From NCBI GenBank assembly GCA_025812035.1, contig GCA_025812035.1_4719.1: a stretch of DNA of 64,000 bases. One strand, written 5' to 3'. The DNA comes from a phage. The position numbers and the translations under genes are program-made. Below, piece by piece: positions 8,789 through 18,806 of the stretch (its first letter is position 1; every line of letters starts with the position of its first letter). Below the pieces are notes generated by a model. That model did no database searches, was not told the origin of the DNA, and saw only the letters and a list, made by a program, of their open reading frames with translations.

Positions 8789-11782
8789 ATGAGCGTAACC
8801 AACAAAGATCTTGCTGAACAGCTCAATCGCTACATGCTTTCACCTATTGAAATGCAGGCTGTTGCAAGCGATATGATCCGTTTGGCTTCTGACGGCGAGT
8901 TAACCTTGGTTGATCCCAGCTGTCCGTTTGTCTATCTGCTGGAGGTTGCAACGGCAACGGCGGCGAACCAGAATGCACGGGATGAATCACGTGTTCGCGA
9001 ACTGTATCCGAAACTTGCAACGAACTGGAGCCAGCTCTATCGTTGGATGTATGACGAGTCGTACGTCGGTCGTTTCGCGATGCCGGGTAAAACAGAAATC
9101 ATTTATTCGTTAGGGTACCAGGAAATCCTTGATCGCGCTGTAGAAATTCCAAACACCGCTGCCTCCGACGATTTAAGTCGTTCCTACAGCCGTAAGTTAG
9201 TGATACCGCGTACAACGGCGTTTACGGTAGCCGGAATGGATTTCGGATTGCATTACCCTATCGAAATCCAAGTGCAAGCGCACGATCAGATACGTGCTGT
9301 TTATAACACCGACAACATCAGCCCGTTACAAACCTTGGAGAGTAACCAGGTCGAATACGGGGTTGTTCGCGTAAAAGCGGGTAAGGTGTTGGTTATGCGT
9401 ATCCCGCTGTTCCAGTTTAAAACGCTGGTAAAAGATGTGCCGTTTAACAGCATTCACGGGATGAACAGCAGCATTACCTTCGAAGATCAGTTTTACCATT
9501 GCCGTGCGTATATGTCGTCGGATAACGATACCTGGACGGAGATAGCGACAACACACAGCCAGCAGATCTATGATCCGTTAACACCAACCATCGCGTTACA
9601 AGTAGAAGGGAATAAACTTAACTGGCGTGTTCCTGAAATTTATTTGTCTCAAGGTACGATGGATAAAAGCACCATTCGACTTGAGGTGTTGACGACGAAA
9701 GGGAAAATCAGCGTCGACCCATCCGATTACGATGTGACCGATTGGAAAGATAACTACATCGATTTGTCGCCAAAAGCTGAACAGAAATACAGTGCGCCGT
9801 TAAGTGCGTTCAACATTAAAGGGATTTATAGTGAAGGAGCGTTGTCGGGTGGACGATCCGCGTTAACGTTCGAGGAACAACGTGAGCGTGTTATGGCGGG
9901 CGTGAACAAAACCAAGATACCTATCACGGGTACGCAGGTAGAGCTGGTGCTTCAAGATGCGGGTTACGGGATGGTGACCACCATCGACAACGTAACCAAT
10001 CGTTCGTTCCTGGCAACCCGAGATTTACCGCAACTGAGCGATAGCGTGCCTCAAGCCGGTTCGTTGATGGGGTCTTTCTATACGTCAGCTGCAGCATTGG
10101 TGAAAAGTAAGTTTGTCGCTGATAACGGCGATCGCATTACGATTAAACCGGATTGTTTGTATCGCGATAGTAACGGAAGCATTACGTTGTTACCGGACGA
10201 TGAAATCGATCGAATTAACGCGAGTGATTCGGACACTAAGCTGAATGCGGTAAACAATGCCATGCTTTGCTATAGTCCGTTTCATTACGTATTAGACACA
10301 TCTGGTGATTTTGACATCCATGCTTATTACTTGGATAATCCTAAAATCGGCACGCAGGCTTTCCTCGACGCGAACGAGACAATCCCGTTAACCGCCATGG
10401 TAACCGGATACCGTCTGGATCGTATTGCTGAAGGATATCGCCTGAGCCTCATTGTAGAGGGTAACGACGCATGGAAAGCGCTCGACGATAAAAACGTGCA
10501 CGTACAGCTGGGGTTCAATCCGCGGGGTGAGGGTGACTACGCTACGATGTTAGCGTCACCTACAACCGATGAGCAGGGTCGTCGTTTGTTCACCTTCGAC
10601 ATCACCACGAACTATGATTTTACGCGTATCCTGTCTGACGATTCCACGGCGTATGAACCGTATATCGCGTTGACTTCGTTCTCGATGTATGAATCAACGC
10701 CACGGGATTATTGGGCATCGCTGCAGCAGTATCTGGAAATCTTCCACGTGGTGACGGATTATGCGCCAGAAGACGTCGATGGTATTTTACACAGTGCTTC
10801 CGATAATTACCTGGTTAAGAAACTCACGCTTCAAAACGGGTATTGTTTCTACCGTGAACGTCTTACCGCAACCTTTGGTTATGATCTGGATGGTCTCTGG
10901 ATGCGTTCTCGTACGGTGGCCTCGGAGATTACGTATAAGCGTTATACCGAGAACATTCCGTGGTTATACGAAGAAGATATTCCAGCAACCGATGAGACCG
11001 GTTCTGTTATCATTGAACAAGGTGATGATGGTACATTATCGGTTAAATATCTACACCGTAAGGGAGATCCGAAATTAAACAGTGATGGAAGCCAAGCCTA
11101 TCGCTACCTGAAAGGCGACATCATGAAAGATAATTACGGTAATCCGATCCCTGTCGATGAGCGTGAGGTTCTGCGTAACCTGGACATGTTCTTTATTGAT
11201 GCGTCGTATCTGTTAGCGAACGATACAGACGTGATTGCGTATCGTAATGCGATCCCTACGCAACTTATCGAGTGGATCCAGAATGATATCAGCACGTTCA
11301 GGAATTTCTGTTATGAAGAAACAGAGATTTCGCTGTATCCTAAACAATCGCTGGGGTATGTGGATGTTATTGTGGAAAACGGATTGGAAACAACGCTTCC
11401 TGCTGCCCTATCGTTCAACGTGACGCTTTACTTACCGGCTAAGCAATACGCTGACTTGGATTTACGTCAAGTCCTTCAAGCGATGGTGTCGAGAGTCATT
11501 AATGAATGCTTAACATCCCGTACAGTGGCTAAAGCAGAAATGATCGCGATGATTCGTGAGGAAGGAGGTGACGATATCCTGAACGTTGAAATCGATGATT
11601 TTGGACCAGGTAAGAACCTCAGTGTTTATACGGCGAAGAACGATGGCGTTCGTTGTGCTGTGAAGAAAGAGCTTTATGTGAAAGCGGATGGTATCTTGTC
11701 CGTACGCGAAGCGATTGATGTGAGTTTTGTGAAACACGCACAAAGCAACAGCACCGCGTTAGCGCAAGGTCTTCGGATCTAA
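8789..11782 (+). CDS. Hypothetical large protein, 997 aa (possible virion protein)
   Basis: Long uninterrupted ORF starting 4 nt after the upstream stop; no recognisable motif. Confidence 0.65.
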   Translation: MSVTNKDLAEQLNRYMLSPIEMQAVASDMIRLASDGELTLVDPSCPFVYLLEVATATAANQNARDESRVRELYPKLATNWSQLYRWMYDESYVGRFAMPGKTEIIYSLGYQEILDRAVEIPNTAASDDLSRSYSRKLVIPRTTAFTVAGMDFGLHYPIEIQVQAHDQIRAVYNTDNISPLQTLESNQVEYGVVRVKAGKVLVMRIPLFQFKTLVKDVPFNSIHGMNSSITFEDQFYHCRAYMSSDNDTWTEIATTHSQQIYDPLTPTIALQVEGNKLNWRVPEIYLSQGTMDKSTIRLEVLTTKGKISVDPSDYDVTDWKDNYIDLSPKAEQKYSAPLSAFNIKGIYSEGALSGGRSALTFEEQRERVMAGVNKTKIPITGTQVELVLQDAGYGMVTTIDNVTNRSFLATRDLPQLSDSVPQAGSLMGSFYTSAAALVKSKFVADNGDRITIKPDCLYRDSNGSITLLPDDEIDRINASDSDTKLNAVNNAMLCYSPFHYVLDTSGDFDIHAYYLDNPKIGTQAFLDANETIPLTAMVTGYRLDRIAEGYRLSLIVEGNDAWKALDDKNVHVQLGFNPRGEGDYATMLASPTTDEQGRRLFTFDITTNYDFTRILSDDSTAYEPYIALTSFSMYESTPRDYWASLQQYLEIFHVVTDYAPEDVDGILHSASDNYLVKKLTLQNGYCFYRERLTATFGYDLDGLWMRSRTVASEITYKRYTENIPWLYEEDIPATDETGSVIIEQGDDGTLSVKYLHRKGDPKLNSDGSQAYRYLKGDIMKDNYGNPIPVDEREVLRNLDMFFIDASYLLANDTDVIAYRNAIPTQLIEWIQNDISTFRNFCYEETEISLYPKQSLGYVDVIVENGLETTLPAALSFNVTLYLPAKQYADLDLRQVLQAMVSRVINECLTSRTVAKAEMIAMIREEGGDDILNVEIDDFGPGKNLSVYTAKNDGVRCAVKKELYVKADGILSVREAIDVSFVKHAQSNSTALAQGLRI

Positions 11783-11803
11783 AACAAAATAGCAAGTACA
11801 TAA

Positions 11804-11835
11804 CCCTCCTCCAACCCGTAAGGGAAGGAGGAGGG
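11804..11835. terminator. GNRA-loop hairpin, family copy 3, between convergent genes
   Basis: CCCTCCTCC-AACCC-GTAA-GGGAA-GGAGGAGGG between the plus gene ending 11782 and the minus gene ending 11845. Confidence 0.65.
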
Positions 11836-11844
11836 AATATGTTG

Positions 11845-14800
11845 TTATCTTACGTTAGTACTATTCTGCTGTTCGCTGAACCAACCATAAACCTTGAGAT
11901 CGGTACCGTATTTCAGTGCGATATACGCATTCAGTGCTGCACAGAACAAAGACGCGAATGCCCATACCAGCGAAGGATCGACATCTTCCGTTACCGCCAC
12001 CAGGGTAGCCTCTGGTTCCCATGACGGAGAACTGTCTGTAAACGTCGTGAACCATGCCCGACGTTGTTCTTCAGTGGTAAAGTCGCTATGTGGCTCCAAC
12101 GCTTCTTTTGCCAAACGTCGATATTCGGTCATATGAATCGCGAGAGCCGCTGAGCTATCATATTTGCATTCATAGTTCGGATCAACAGCACAACAGAGTT
12201 CTGCGGAATCCAACAAAGCAAGCGCTTGTTTGATGCTGTCGGTGGTGCCTGCACTATAAAGCTCGATAGACTGCGAAAGCTTTTCACAGAACGCATTTAA
12301 CGCGGCAGGATCGGATACCTGAAGGTCAAGACCTAATGTCCACGGATAGTTACTGAACACACCCGTAAACTGCGGCATAACACCCAACAGATGTTGTCCG
12401 ATTACAGCGCGGTTATAAGTAGCCCGATTATAGACTTGAAACGCGGCCTCCAATGCTTGGTTATAATGACGACGAAGTTCGTCACGCGTGTTGCGGAATC
12501 TGTTCGCCGCGAGACTCGTAGCTGCGACGCTACAAACATCGTAACCAGTGGACGAGAGCACAACGTCGTTAAGATCGAACGCTTCCTGTTTCAACGATCC
12601 ATTAACAGCTACCGCTTCGCTGTTCGCTTTATCGACAACCGTACTCAACGCGTTGATATAACGTTTAGCGCGGACTTCCAACCATTGTGCAATACCGAGA
12701 ATATCTACCGCGGCTTTAGCAAGATCGCGTGCGTTCACGATTTCGTTCTTCAAGGCACCCAACCCTTTATTCTCAGGCGAAGAGGCTTGTTGACGAATCA
12801 TGCTGTTTAACATGGTAAGCAGATTATCCAACTCATGTCCGCTGACCTTGTTACGCGCATCGGTAATCGGCCCTTGCAGGAATTTACGGCAACCATCGTT
12901 GTATCGAATCAGTTTATCCACATCGATCGACTCGTTAGCGGATTCCTTGAACTGATTCTTCAATTCTTCACGGTAATCATGAATTTCACTTGCAAGATTG
13001 TCGACAGTGATACCATCATGTTCGAGAAGAACTTTATTGAAGTTACCTTTCTCGAATGCAAGAGCAAGACCTTCGCGAATCTTAGCGAGTTTATCCTGAT
13101 CGAGTTCACGACCGTTTGATAACTCTTTCACTTCCGAGCTGATTAATGCTGCAACGTTACCCAGATTGTCGGTAACCCCTTTGAATGTCCCCGACCAAAT
13201 CGTTCCCGCTTCAGCATATTTCGCAATGGTCTGAATACCGACGGTATGCAATGACGCTAAACGTTTCTTCGTGCCTTCGGTAAGCAGTGCGTCTTTAGCT
13301 CGCGTAAGCTGGCTGTTATTAGCTTCCGCTTGCTGAATCGCTGCTTTCGCATTTCCATTACGCCAGCTCTTAACCAACCAATCAACCAGACGTTTTAGGA
13401 TGTTGACGGTATATTCCATCGTCCGCCGTAACGTCTCCCACGCGCTTTCAGCGGTATAAATGCCGTACCCTTCCATCGTCAACGCTTTCAAGCTTGTTTG
13501 ACGTGCCAGCCATTCTACCGTTGCAGAGCAAACGTTTACTAATGCTTCCAGGTAGTTGTAATAGACGTCTGTTGCCGACGTTTCGTTGAACTTTGAATGC
13601 AGATAGAACTGATCGTAAAGTTCGTCGTCATCACCGAAGGCATCATAGTTCCACAGTTCTGTATCACAACCTGTGCCGCAGAAGACGTCAGCTGTCGTAA
13701 ACTCTTTAAGCGCTTTAGCGGCGTCATTTGTCAGGAATTTACCTGTTTCAACTACATCGTCGACATTAAGTTTGGGGAGTTCGTCGGTGACCGGCTCTTC
13801 CAACATCAGCATATTGAAGAATGTGCTATACTTGTATCCGAGCCATTTTGGATAGCTGCTTTCAGGGATCGTAGACAGCGGCTTGATTTTCTTGGCTTCA
13901 GCCAACGTGTCTTTTGCGACCTGATATTGGTTTTCCCCAGCCTTGACGCGACGTAATGCTTTTTCTTCCAACTGCTTGAGTTTGGTATGTCGTGCTTGTG
14001 CTGGAGCTTCAACAAGTTTTTGTACGGACCGCATTGCTGATATCGCTTCTTTTAATACGATCATCGGCATACGAACTTTACCGTCGTCGAAACTAAGAGC
14101 GCGAGCGACACGTTTACTTACGACAGGCTTATCATGGATATTTCGTTCCACCCACGATTTGTTTGCGTAAGTTTGAGCGATCTGCTGTTGGATATTTTCA
14201 AGGTATTTCCAGCCGTTGGAAGCTTTGTTATCCAGAAGCGGATTCGGTCCCTTCTTATCGAAAAGTTTCAGAATCGGACCAAAGAAACCTTCCTGTACGA
14301 GTTCGATACGCGTGTATCCGTCAGCCGCTTCGATTTCTTCTTGGGTTTTGTCCCAGAGCTGTTCACTACGGACAGCAGTAGCTGTTTCAGATACCGACAT
14401 AACAAGCTCGGCAACAACTTCAGCGCAGGTCAGTACGGTACGCACGCATTGCAGTAGCATACGCTGGTAAACGATACGTGCGTTTTGTAGACGTGCGATA
14501 ACCGCTAAATAACCGATATTGTCAAGACGTTCGTCGGCTTGAGCAGAGTCAACACGTTCTATCAGTTGTTTCACCAACGCGGCTGTTTCCGGATAATCGT
14601 TCACGACGTCACGCATAATTCGTGATGCGAAAACCGCGGTACCTAAAACGTTAAGAAGTGTTTTACCGTCCCATTCTTTTGGTGTCGCTACCGATTCGGT
14701 AGGGATGAGATTTCCCGCTTGGTCGAAGTACGGCATAAGGACATTGATATCCGTAGACGGTACTGCGGTGACTGCGTTGTACTCTTCATCCGCACCATCG

Positions 14801-15450
14801 TCGCCGGATGGTTGTATAGCGAGTGCCTGTTCAAGGATTTTGCGGTCAACAGCATAAAGCGCTGATAGGGCCTGTGTTACCGCAACCAGATCAACAACCG
14901 GTGACCAGAGCTGTGCGAGTTTATCCTTGTATTTCTGTACAGCAATAACGAGGTCTTCTTTTACGTCAGGATGATTGATTAAACCACCCAACGCTTCATG
15001 GACTGCAGAAAAACGTTCAGAATGCGCTTGAGTTAATGCGACAAAATCGTCAACGTACGATGCATTTTCTTCAAGGCGTGCAAGTTCCTGCTCCAGGAGA
15101 TCTTTTACTTGCGTGGCGGATGCGTTTCTCAACTGTTCCCCGATAATCGCGATGGCTTTATCGACAACACGACAAGCTTCATTGAACCCGGTCGTTGATG
15201 GTAACTCGGTCCATAATGCCAGCGGCTTACCTTCCATTGCGTCAGGAAGGGAGTACGACAGCATTGTTAGTTGCTGACGCGATACCTGTTTATCACGATG
15301 TAGCGTTTCTTTCAACGCCAGAAGCTCATCAAGACCCACACTGCTGGGGATCGTGGGATGTGATACAGCGTTGATGTTTTCTGCTAATGACTCAAGAACC
15401 AATAAACCATTTTCAGCGGTAGAGAAACCTGCTTTAAGGTATTTGTTCAT
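11845..15450 (-). CDS. Hypothetical giant protein, 1201 aa (possible virion/ejection protein)
   Basis: Long ORF with GGAG SD; helical Ala/Leu/Glu/Lys-rich; contains IELVQEGF resembling the paralog-module motif. Confidence 0.65.
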   Translation of the reverse strand: MNKYLKAGFSTAENGLLVLESLAENINAVSHPTIPSSVGLDELLALKETLHRDKQVSRQQLTMLSYSLPDAMEGKPLALWTELPSTTGFNEACRVVDKAIAIIGEQLRNASATQVKDLLEQELARLEENASYVDDFVALTQAHSERFSAVHEALGGLINHPDVKEDLVIAVQKYKDKLAQLWSPVVDLVAVTQALSALYAVDRKILEQALAIQPSGDDGADEEYNAVTAVPSTDINVLMPYFDQAGNLIPTESVATPKEWDGKTLLNVLGTAVFASRIMRDVVNDYPETAALVKQLIERVDSAQADERLDNIGYLAVIARLQNARIVYQRMLLQCVRTVLTCAEVVAELVMSVSETATAVRSEQLWDKTQEEIEAADGYTRIELVQEGFFGPILKLFDKKGPNPLLDNKASNGWKYLENIQQQIAQTYANKSWVERNIHDKPVVSKRVARALSFDDGKVRMPMIVLKEAISAMRSVQKLVEAPAQARHTKLKQLEEKALRRVKAGENQYQVAKDTLAEAKKIKPLSTIPESSYPKWLGYKYSTFFNMLMLEEPVTDELPKLNVDDVVETGKFLTNDAAKALKEFTTADVFCGTGCDTELWNYDAFGDDDELYDQFYLHSKFNETSATDVYYNYLEALVNVCSATVEWLARQTSLKALTMEGYGIYTAESAWETLRRTMEYTVNILKRLVDWLVKSWRNGNAKAAIQQAEANNSQLTRAKDALLTEGTKKRLASLHTVGIQTIAKYAEAGTIWSGTFKGVTDNLGNVAALISSEVKELSNGRELDQDKLAKIREGLALAFEKGNFNKVLLEHDGITVDNLASEIHDYREELKNQFKESANESIDVDKLIRYNDGCRKFLQGPITDARNKVSGHELDNLLTMLNSMIRQQASSPENKGLGALKNEIVNARDLAKAAVDILGIAQWLEVRAKRYINALSTVVDKANSEAVAVNGSLKQEAFDLNDVVLSSTGYDVCSVAATSLAANRFRNTRDELRRHYNQALEAAFQVYNRATYNRAVIGQHLLGVMPQFTGVFSNYPWTLGLDLQVSDPAALNAFCEKLSQSIELYSAGTTDSIKQALALLDSAELCCAVDPNYECKYDSSAALAIHMTEYRRLAKEALEPHSDFTTEEQRRAWFTTFTDSSPSWEPEATLVAVTEDVDPSLVWAFASLFCAALNAYIALKYGTDLKVYGWFSEQQNSTNVR

Positions 15451-15465
15451 AAAACACTCCGTTGA

Positions 15466-15496
15466 CCTAGGTGGAGGTTATTGGCCTCCACCTAGG
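15466..15496 (-). terminator. Intergenic hairpin with perfect 12-bp stem
   Basis: CCTAGGTGGAGG-TTATTGG-CCTCCACCTAGG between the 934-aa and 1201-aa genes. Confidence 0.55.
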
Positions 15497-15531
15497 GTTG
15501 AACAACACGTACGGTTATACGGTACGCACGA

Positions 15532-18336
15532 TTACGCTAATTTACCGAAACCGGCTTTCTGTAGTTTCTCGTTGATCAGTTTTGCTTCAGCGAAAACATA
15601 ATCACGATATGCGGTAACTAACCCATCCACCCGTGAACGCAAGGCTTCTTCGAAGCTATACCACGCAGCGATTTCACGAATCTGAGCGTTGATATAATCA
15701 ACGGTTGAGCGAAGCTCGGTTGCATTTTCTTGCGGGATGGCTTTCACCTGGCGAGCAACGTCATTTAAACGACGGAACTGTGTTTCGATTTCTTTAAACT
15801 TACTGTCAGCAAGTTTGCTGAATTCGTCACCGGAACGAGTAAATAACAGATAGCTGTTGCCATCAAGTGCGGTCGCTAACTGCTGAAGTACATTGGTGTC
15901 CGGATACACAGGAGTACCGCTTTGCAGTACTTTCTCACCGAATTCCGCGAAGTCCTTCGGCGGTAAGTGTGCAGACGTTGTCAATTCGTTGAAACGGAAA
16001 GTCAGCGAACTATCATACAACATCCGGTACGCTTCCATACCCTGTTTCATGGTACCAGCCAGGTTAGCCAGACGCGGAGCAATTTCACCCTCTTTAGCGC
16101 GCTTCTGGTCTTCTAACGCCCCTTCCAGTTCTTTACACTGGTCGTTCAGATACACGATACGATCGGGACGCAGACGACGCATCTCACGAAGAATAGTATC
16201 CAGCTTACCTTCCTGGAAATAACCTAGCGTTAAAGACGTACACGCTTGTTGAAGACGATCGAACACTGGTAAGGTTACCATCTCTTTACGGATACCATCA
16301 ACAATCGCAGAAACAGCCGAAAGTTTCTGTTCTGTGGTTAATGGAACGTCAGAGACCGACTTGCTGGGCGCACCAACAACGTTACGCATTGCGTCGGTAT
16401 CCTCGGTTTTATCAACCTCTTTACGAACATTCTCGTCGGGAACATAAACGTTCGCATTACGTTTTGCCTGTTTGATGGCATCGCTGGCCGCTTTTTCGGT
16501 GGCCGCTACGCTATCGGCACGTTTCTTCAAGAGTTCAATAATCCAAAGCAACAGACGACGAATCGCAGTGTAGGCTGTCGTGATGATGACGCCGATAACA
16601 GCCATCTTCATGATACCGAACGATTCCATGGTCGGCTCTAACGCCTGGTCAGGCATATACCGTTCACGCAGCTCCAGATAGATCTGCTCATCCGGTTTGC
16701 TGATCTCACCACGATGCGAAGTCCGATAGATGGCTTCGTCAATCTCAACAAGATCTTTACGTGCTTGACGGTCTGTTTCGGTCAAATAAGCGCAGCCGGA
16801 TACGTCGTCTTCAAAACTTTCGAACTTAAAGAAATCGACAACCATCTTGGCAAGCGCCTCTTTCTTAGCAGGATCGAGCGTCTTCGCATCTTCTTTTTGC
16901 TTATCCATTTTTTCCTTGAATTTCTCTTTGTAGTCATTCAAGGGTTTTACCGCTCTTGCCCTCAACGCGTTATAGATAGTTTTCCAACTTTCTTCGCGTT
17001 CTAAGATAAGGAAGTAGTTTTTGAGTTCGAAAGCACGGTAACGTGCAACGAGCTGTTCTACCTGAGCATGAGCGAGTTGTACATCCATCAACCAGCGGGA
17101 CAATGCTGAAACCAAACGACTATAAGCAAGCAGCGTTTGATATGTCAGCTTCATGTGTTTCTCGTAGAGTTCAATATCTCCGCCCCGGATATCAGCTGTC
17201 GGGTTCATCTCCTTAGTTGCTTTGAAGACTTGTTCAGCTTCATTCAACACTTGCTCGAACTTGACTTCATTGAACGCGTTGAATGGTTCGGCCAGTTCAT
17301 CCATCTGTTCGTGAAGCTCGCGAACCCAAGCTTCTTTGTGATTACGAATGACCGCATCAGCGTGGAGCACGGTTTGATGTTTCTGTACCCATTCTTCGAC
17401 GATATCTGCCGCTGCAACAACACCCATGTTGTCGGAAATCAACGGAATAACATTGGAGAGCATACCAGCACACGCTGGTGTTTTCCAATGATCGTTTAAC
17501 GCGTTACGGAACGCAATAATGTCCGTCATAGACGTAGTGATATCGAGGAACGTGTTACCGTTACGACTCATGCTTGCGATATTTGCAGCAAACGTCTTTT
17601 GCTGATCTACAACGAATGGAATCAATAGCATCAACCATTCAGCAACGCATTTTGCTTTGTCTTTCAGGTTTTTGTCGGCTATTTCTTTGAGATTGATTGC
17701 GCTACCATAACCCGCAAGTTCGTTATATACGTCGTTCAAGGTCATCTGCTTATCCAGCATTTCTCTGAAACGCGGATAATCTTCCCCTAACGCATCGATG
17801 ACATCTTGGATAACATCGTCAGTTGTGGCGATAAATTTCTTCGCGTCGACTTTAGATTTCCAGACGTGTCGTACCGCTTTCTTGATTCCTTCAAAGATAA
17901 ACGCCCAGATACGCTTGATGAGTTCCCAGACTTTCTTCGCACCATCGACAAACAGTTTAGAGACTTTGGCAACGAATCCTTCCTGCACCAACTCAACGCC
18001 GTTACGTGATGGAATTTCGGTGAAGAAAGCATCCGGCAGTTGTTTCGGGAACGCATCACCAAGACGCATACGCAATTCGGGTACATCGGCACGAGAAATA
18101 CCACGCGTCGTTAGCTGCTCGTGAAGACGAACGTTTTCTTCACCAGAGGCTACGAATTCGTTAACGTCAAATGAAACCAGTTCTTGATCTTCGGTGGTAA
18201 CGACGCTTGAACCATCACTGGTTTGGATGTCTTCGTCAGGGAATGCCATGAGCATACCGTGACGCATTTCAACCACCCCGTAATCGGTTGCTAAACCGAA
18301 TTCGTTGTGATCGGGGGTAATAACTGGGATACTCAT
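15532..18336 (-). CDS. Hypothetical giant protein, 934 aa with paralog module and a hydrophobic segment
   Basis: AAGGAGAG SD; N-terminal region ISRADVPELRMRLGDAF ... GVELVQEGFVAKVSKLF...KKVWELIKRIWAFIF matches the module of the ~430-aa paralogs; hydrophobic stretch MAVIGVIITTAYTAIRRLLLWII. Confidence 0.65.
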   Translation of the reverse strand: MSIPVITPDHNEFGLATDYGVVEMRHGMLMAFPDEDIQTSDGSSVVTTEDQELVSFDVNEFVASGEENVRLHEQLTTRGISRADVPELRMRLGDAFPKQLPDAFFTEIPSRNGVELVQEGFVAKVSKLFVDGAKKVWELIKRIWAFIFEGIKKAVRHVWKSKVDAKKFIATTDDVIQDVIDALGEDYPRFREMLDKQMTLNDVYNELAGYGSAINLKEIADKNLKDKAKCVAEWLMLLIPFVVDQQKTFAANIASMSRNGNTFLDITTSMTDIIAFRNALNDHWKTPACAGMLSNVIPLISDNMGVVAAADIVEEWVQKHQTVLHADAVIRNHKEAWVRELHEQMDELAEPFNAFNEVKFEQVLNEAEQVFKATKEMNPTADIRGGDIELYEKHMKLTYQTLLAYSRLVSALSRWLMDVQLAHAQVEQLVARYRAFELKNYFLILEREESWKTIYNALRARAVKPLNDYKEKFKEKMDKQKEDAKTLDPAKKEALAKMVVDFFKFESFEDDVSGCAYLTETDRQARKDLVEIDEAIYRTSHRGEISKPDEQIYLELRERYMPDQALEPTMESFGIMKMAVIGVIITTAYTAIRRLLLWIIELLKKRADSVAATEKAASDAIKQAKRNANVYVPDENVRKEVDKTEDTDAMRNVVGAPSKSVSDVPLTTEQKLSAVSAIVDGIRKEMVTLPVFDRLQQACTSLTLGYFQEGKLDTILREMRRLRPDRIVYLNDQCKELEGALEDQKRAKEGEIAPRLANLAGTMKQGMEAYRMLYDSSLTFRFNELTTSAHLPPKDFAEFGEKVLQSGTPVYPDTNVLQQLATALDGNSYLLFTRSGDEFSKLADSKFKEIETQFRRLNDVARQVKAIPQENATELRSTVDYINAQIREIAAWYSFEEALRSRVDGLVTAYRDYVFAEAKLINEKLQKAGFGKLA

Positions 18337-18773
18337 GCATTCTCTCCTTGCAGTGCGTTAGCGAAAGCCGTTGCGAGTTGCGCAACCAGCTTAGGATCAA
18401 CACCTTCGATAACGTCAGGCAGCCCTGCGGTTTCTTGGTCACGAACAGCGGAGGCTAATAACAGCATGGTTTCAGGTGCGGTTGGCTCATGCACCATGCG
18501 GTAACGCAGGCACCAGAAGTAGCGGGCAACGTCTAACGCATCAGTCAGCCCAATAACCAGTACCTTGTTCAGCTTATCCAACCCGTCACGGATTTTAGGG
18601 AGATGTTCACGAACGAAGATGCTATCCGCAGTCAGATCTTCTTTTTCAGCGAATACTGGCATGCTGTAACCGGCGATGTAACCTGCAGCAATACTTAATG
18701 CGCGGGTCTGTTGTTCGGCTGGGAAGTCACGTACCAGGTCTTTCAGCTGAACGGCGAAATCAGAAATATTCAT
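18333..18773 (-). CDS. Hypothetical protein, 146 aa
   Basis: ORF with AAAGGA SD; ATGA overlap with the downstream 934-aa gene. Confidence 0.55.
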   Translation of the reverse strand: MNISDFAVQLKDLVRDFPAEQQTRALSIAAGYIAGYSMPVFAEKEDLTADSIFVREHLPKIRDGLDKLNKVLVIGLTDALDVARYFWCLRYRMVHEPTAPETMLLLASAVRDQETAGLPDVIEGVDPKLVAQLATAFANALQGENA

Positions 18774-18806
18774 GTTAAATTCCTTTATAGTAGAAGGTGA
18801 ATTAGG

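Noticed and set aside
6439-11782. Assigning major capsid protein, portal, terminase or tape measure to the 368-aa, 412-aa, 997-aa or 1201-aa ORFs
   Set aside because: No Walker motifs, portal or capsid signatures can be recognised by eye; these calls need profile searches or virion proteomics, so the ORFs are left as hypothetical.
11839-12024. 61-aa plus-strand ORF starting at a perfect SD-ATG right after hairpin copy 3 (similar tiny ORFs follow copies 1 and 4)
   Set aside because: It overlaps the 3' end of the 1201-aa minus-strand gene and the SD is simply the hairpin's G-rich arm; the copy-4 version is only 5 codons. Kept as a note under the hairpin finding, not as a gene.
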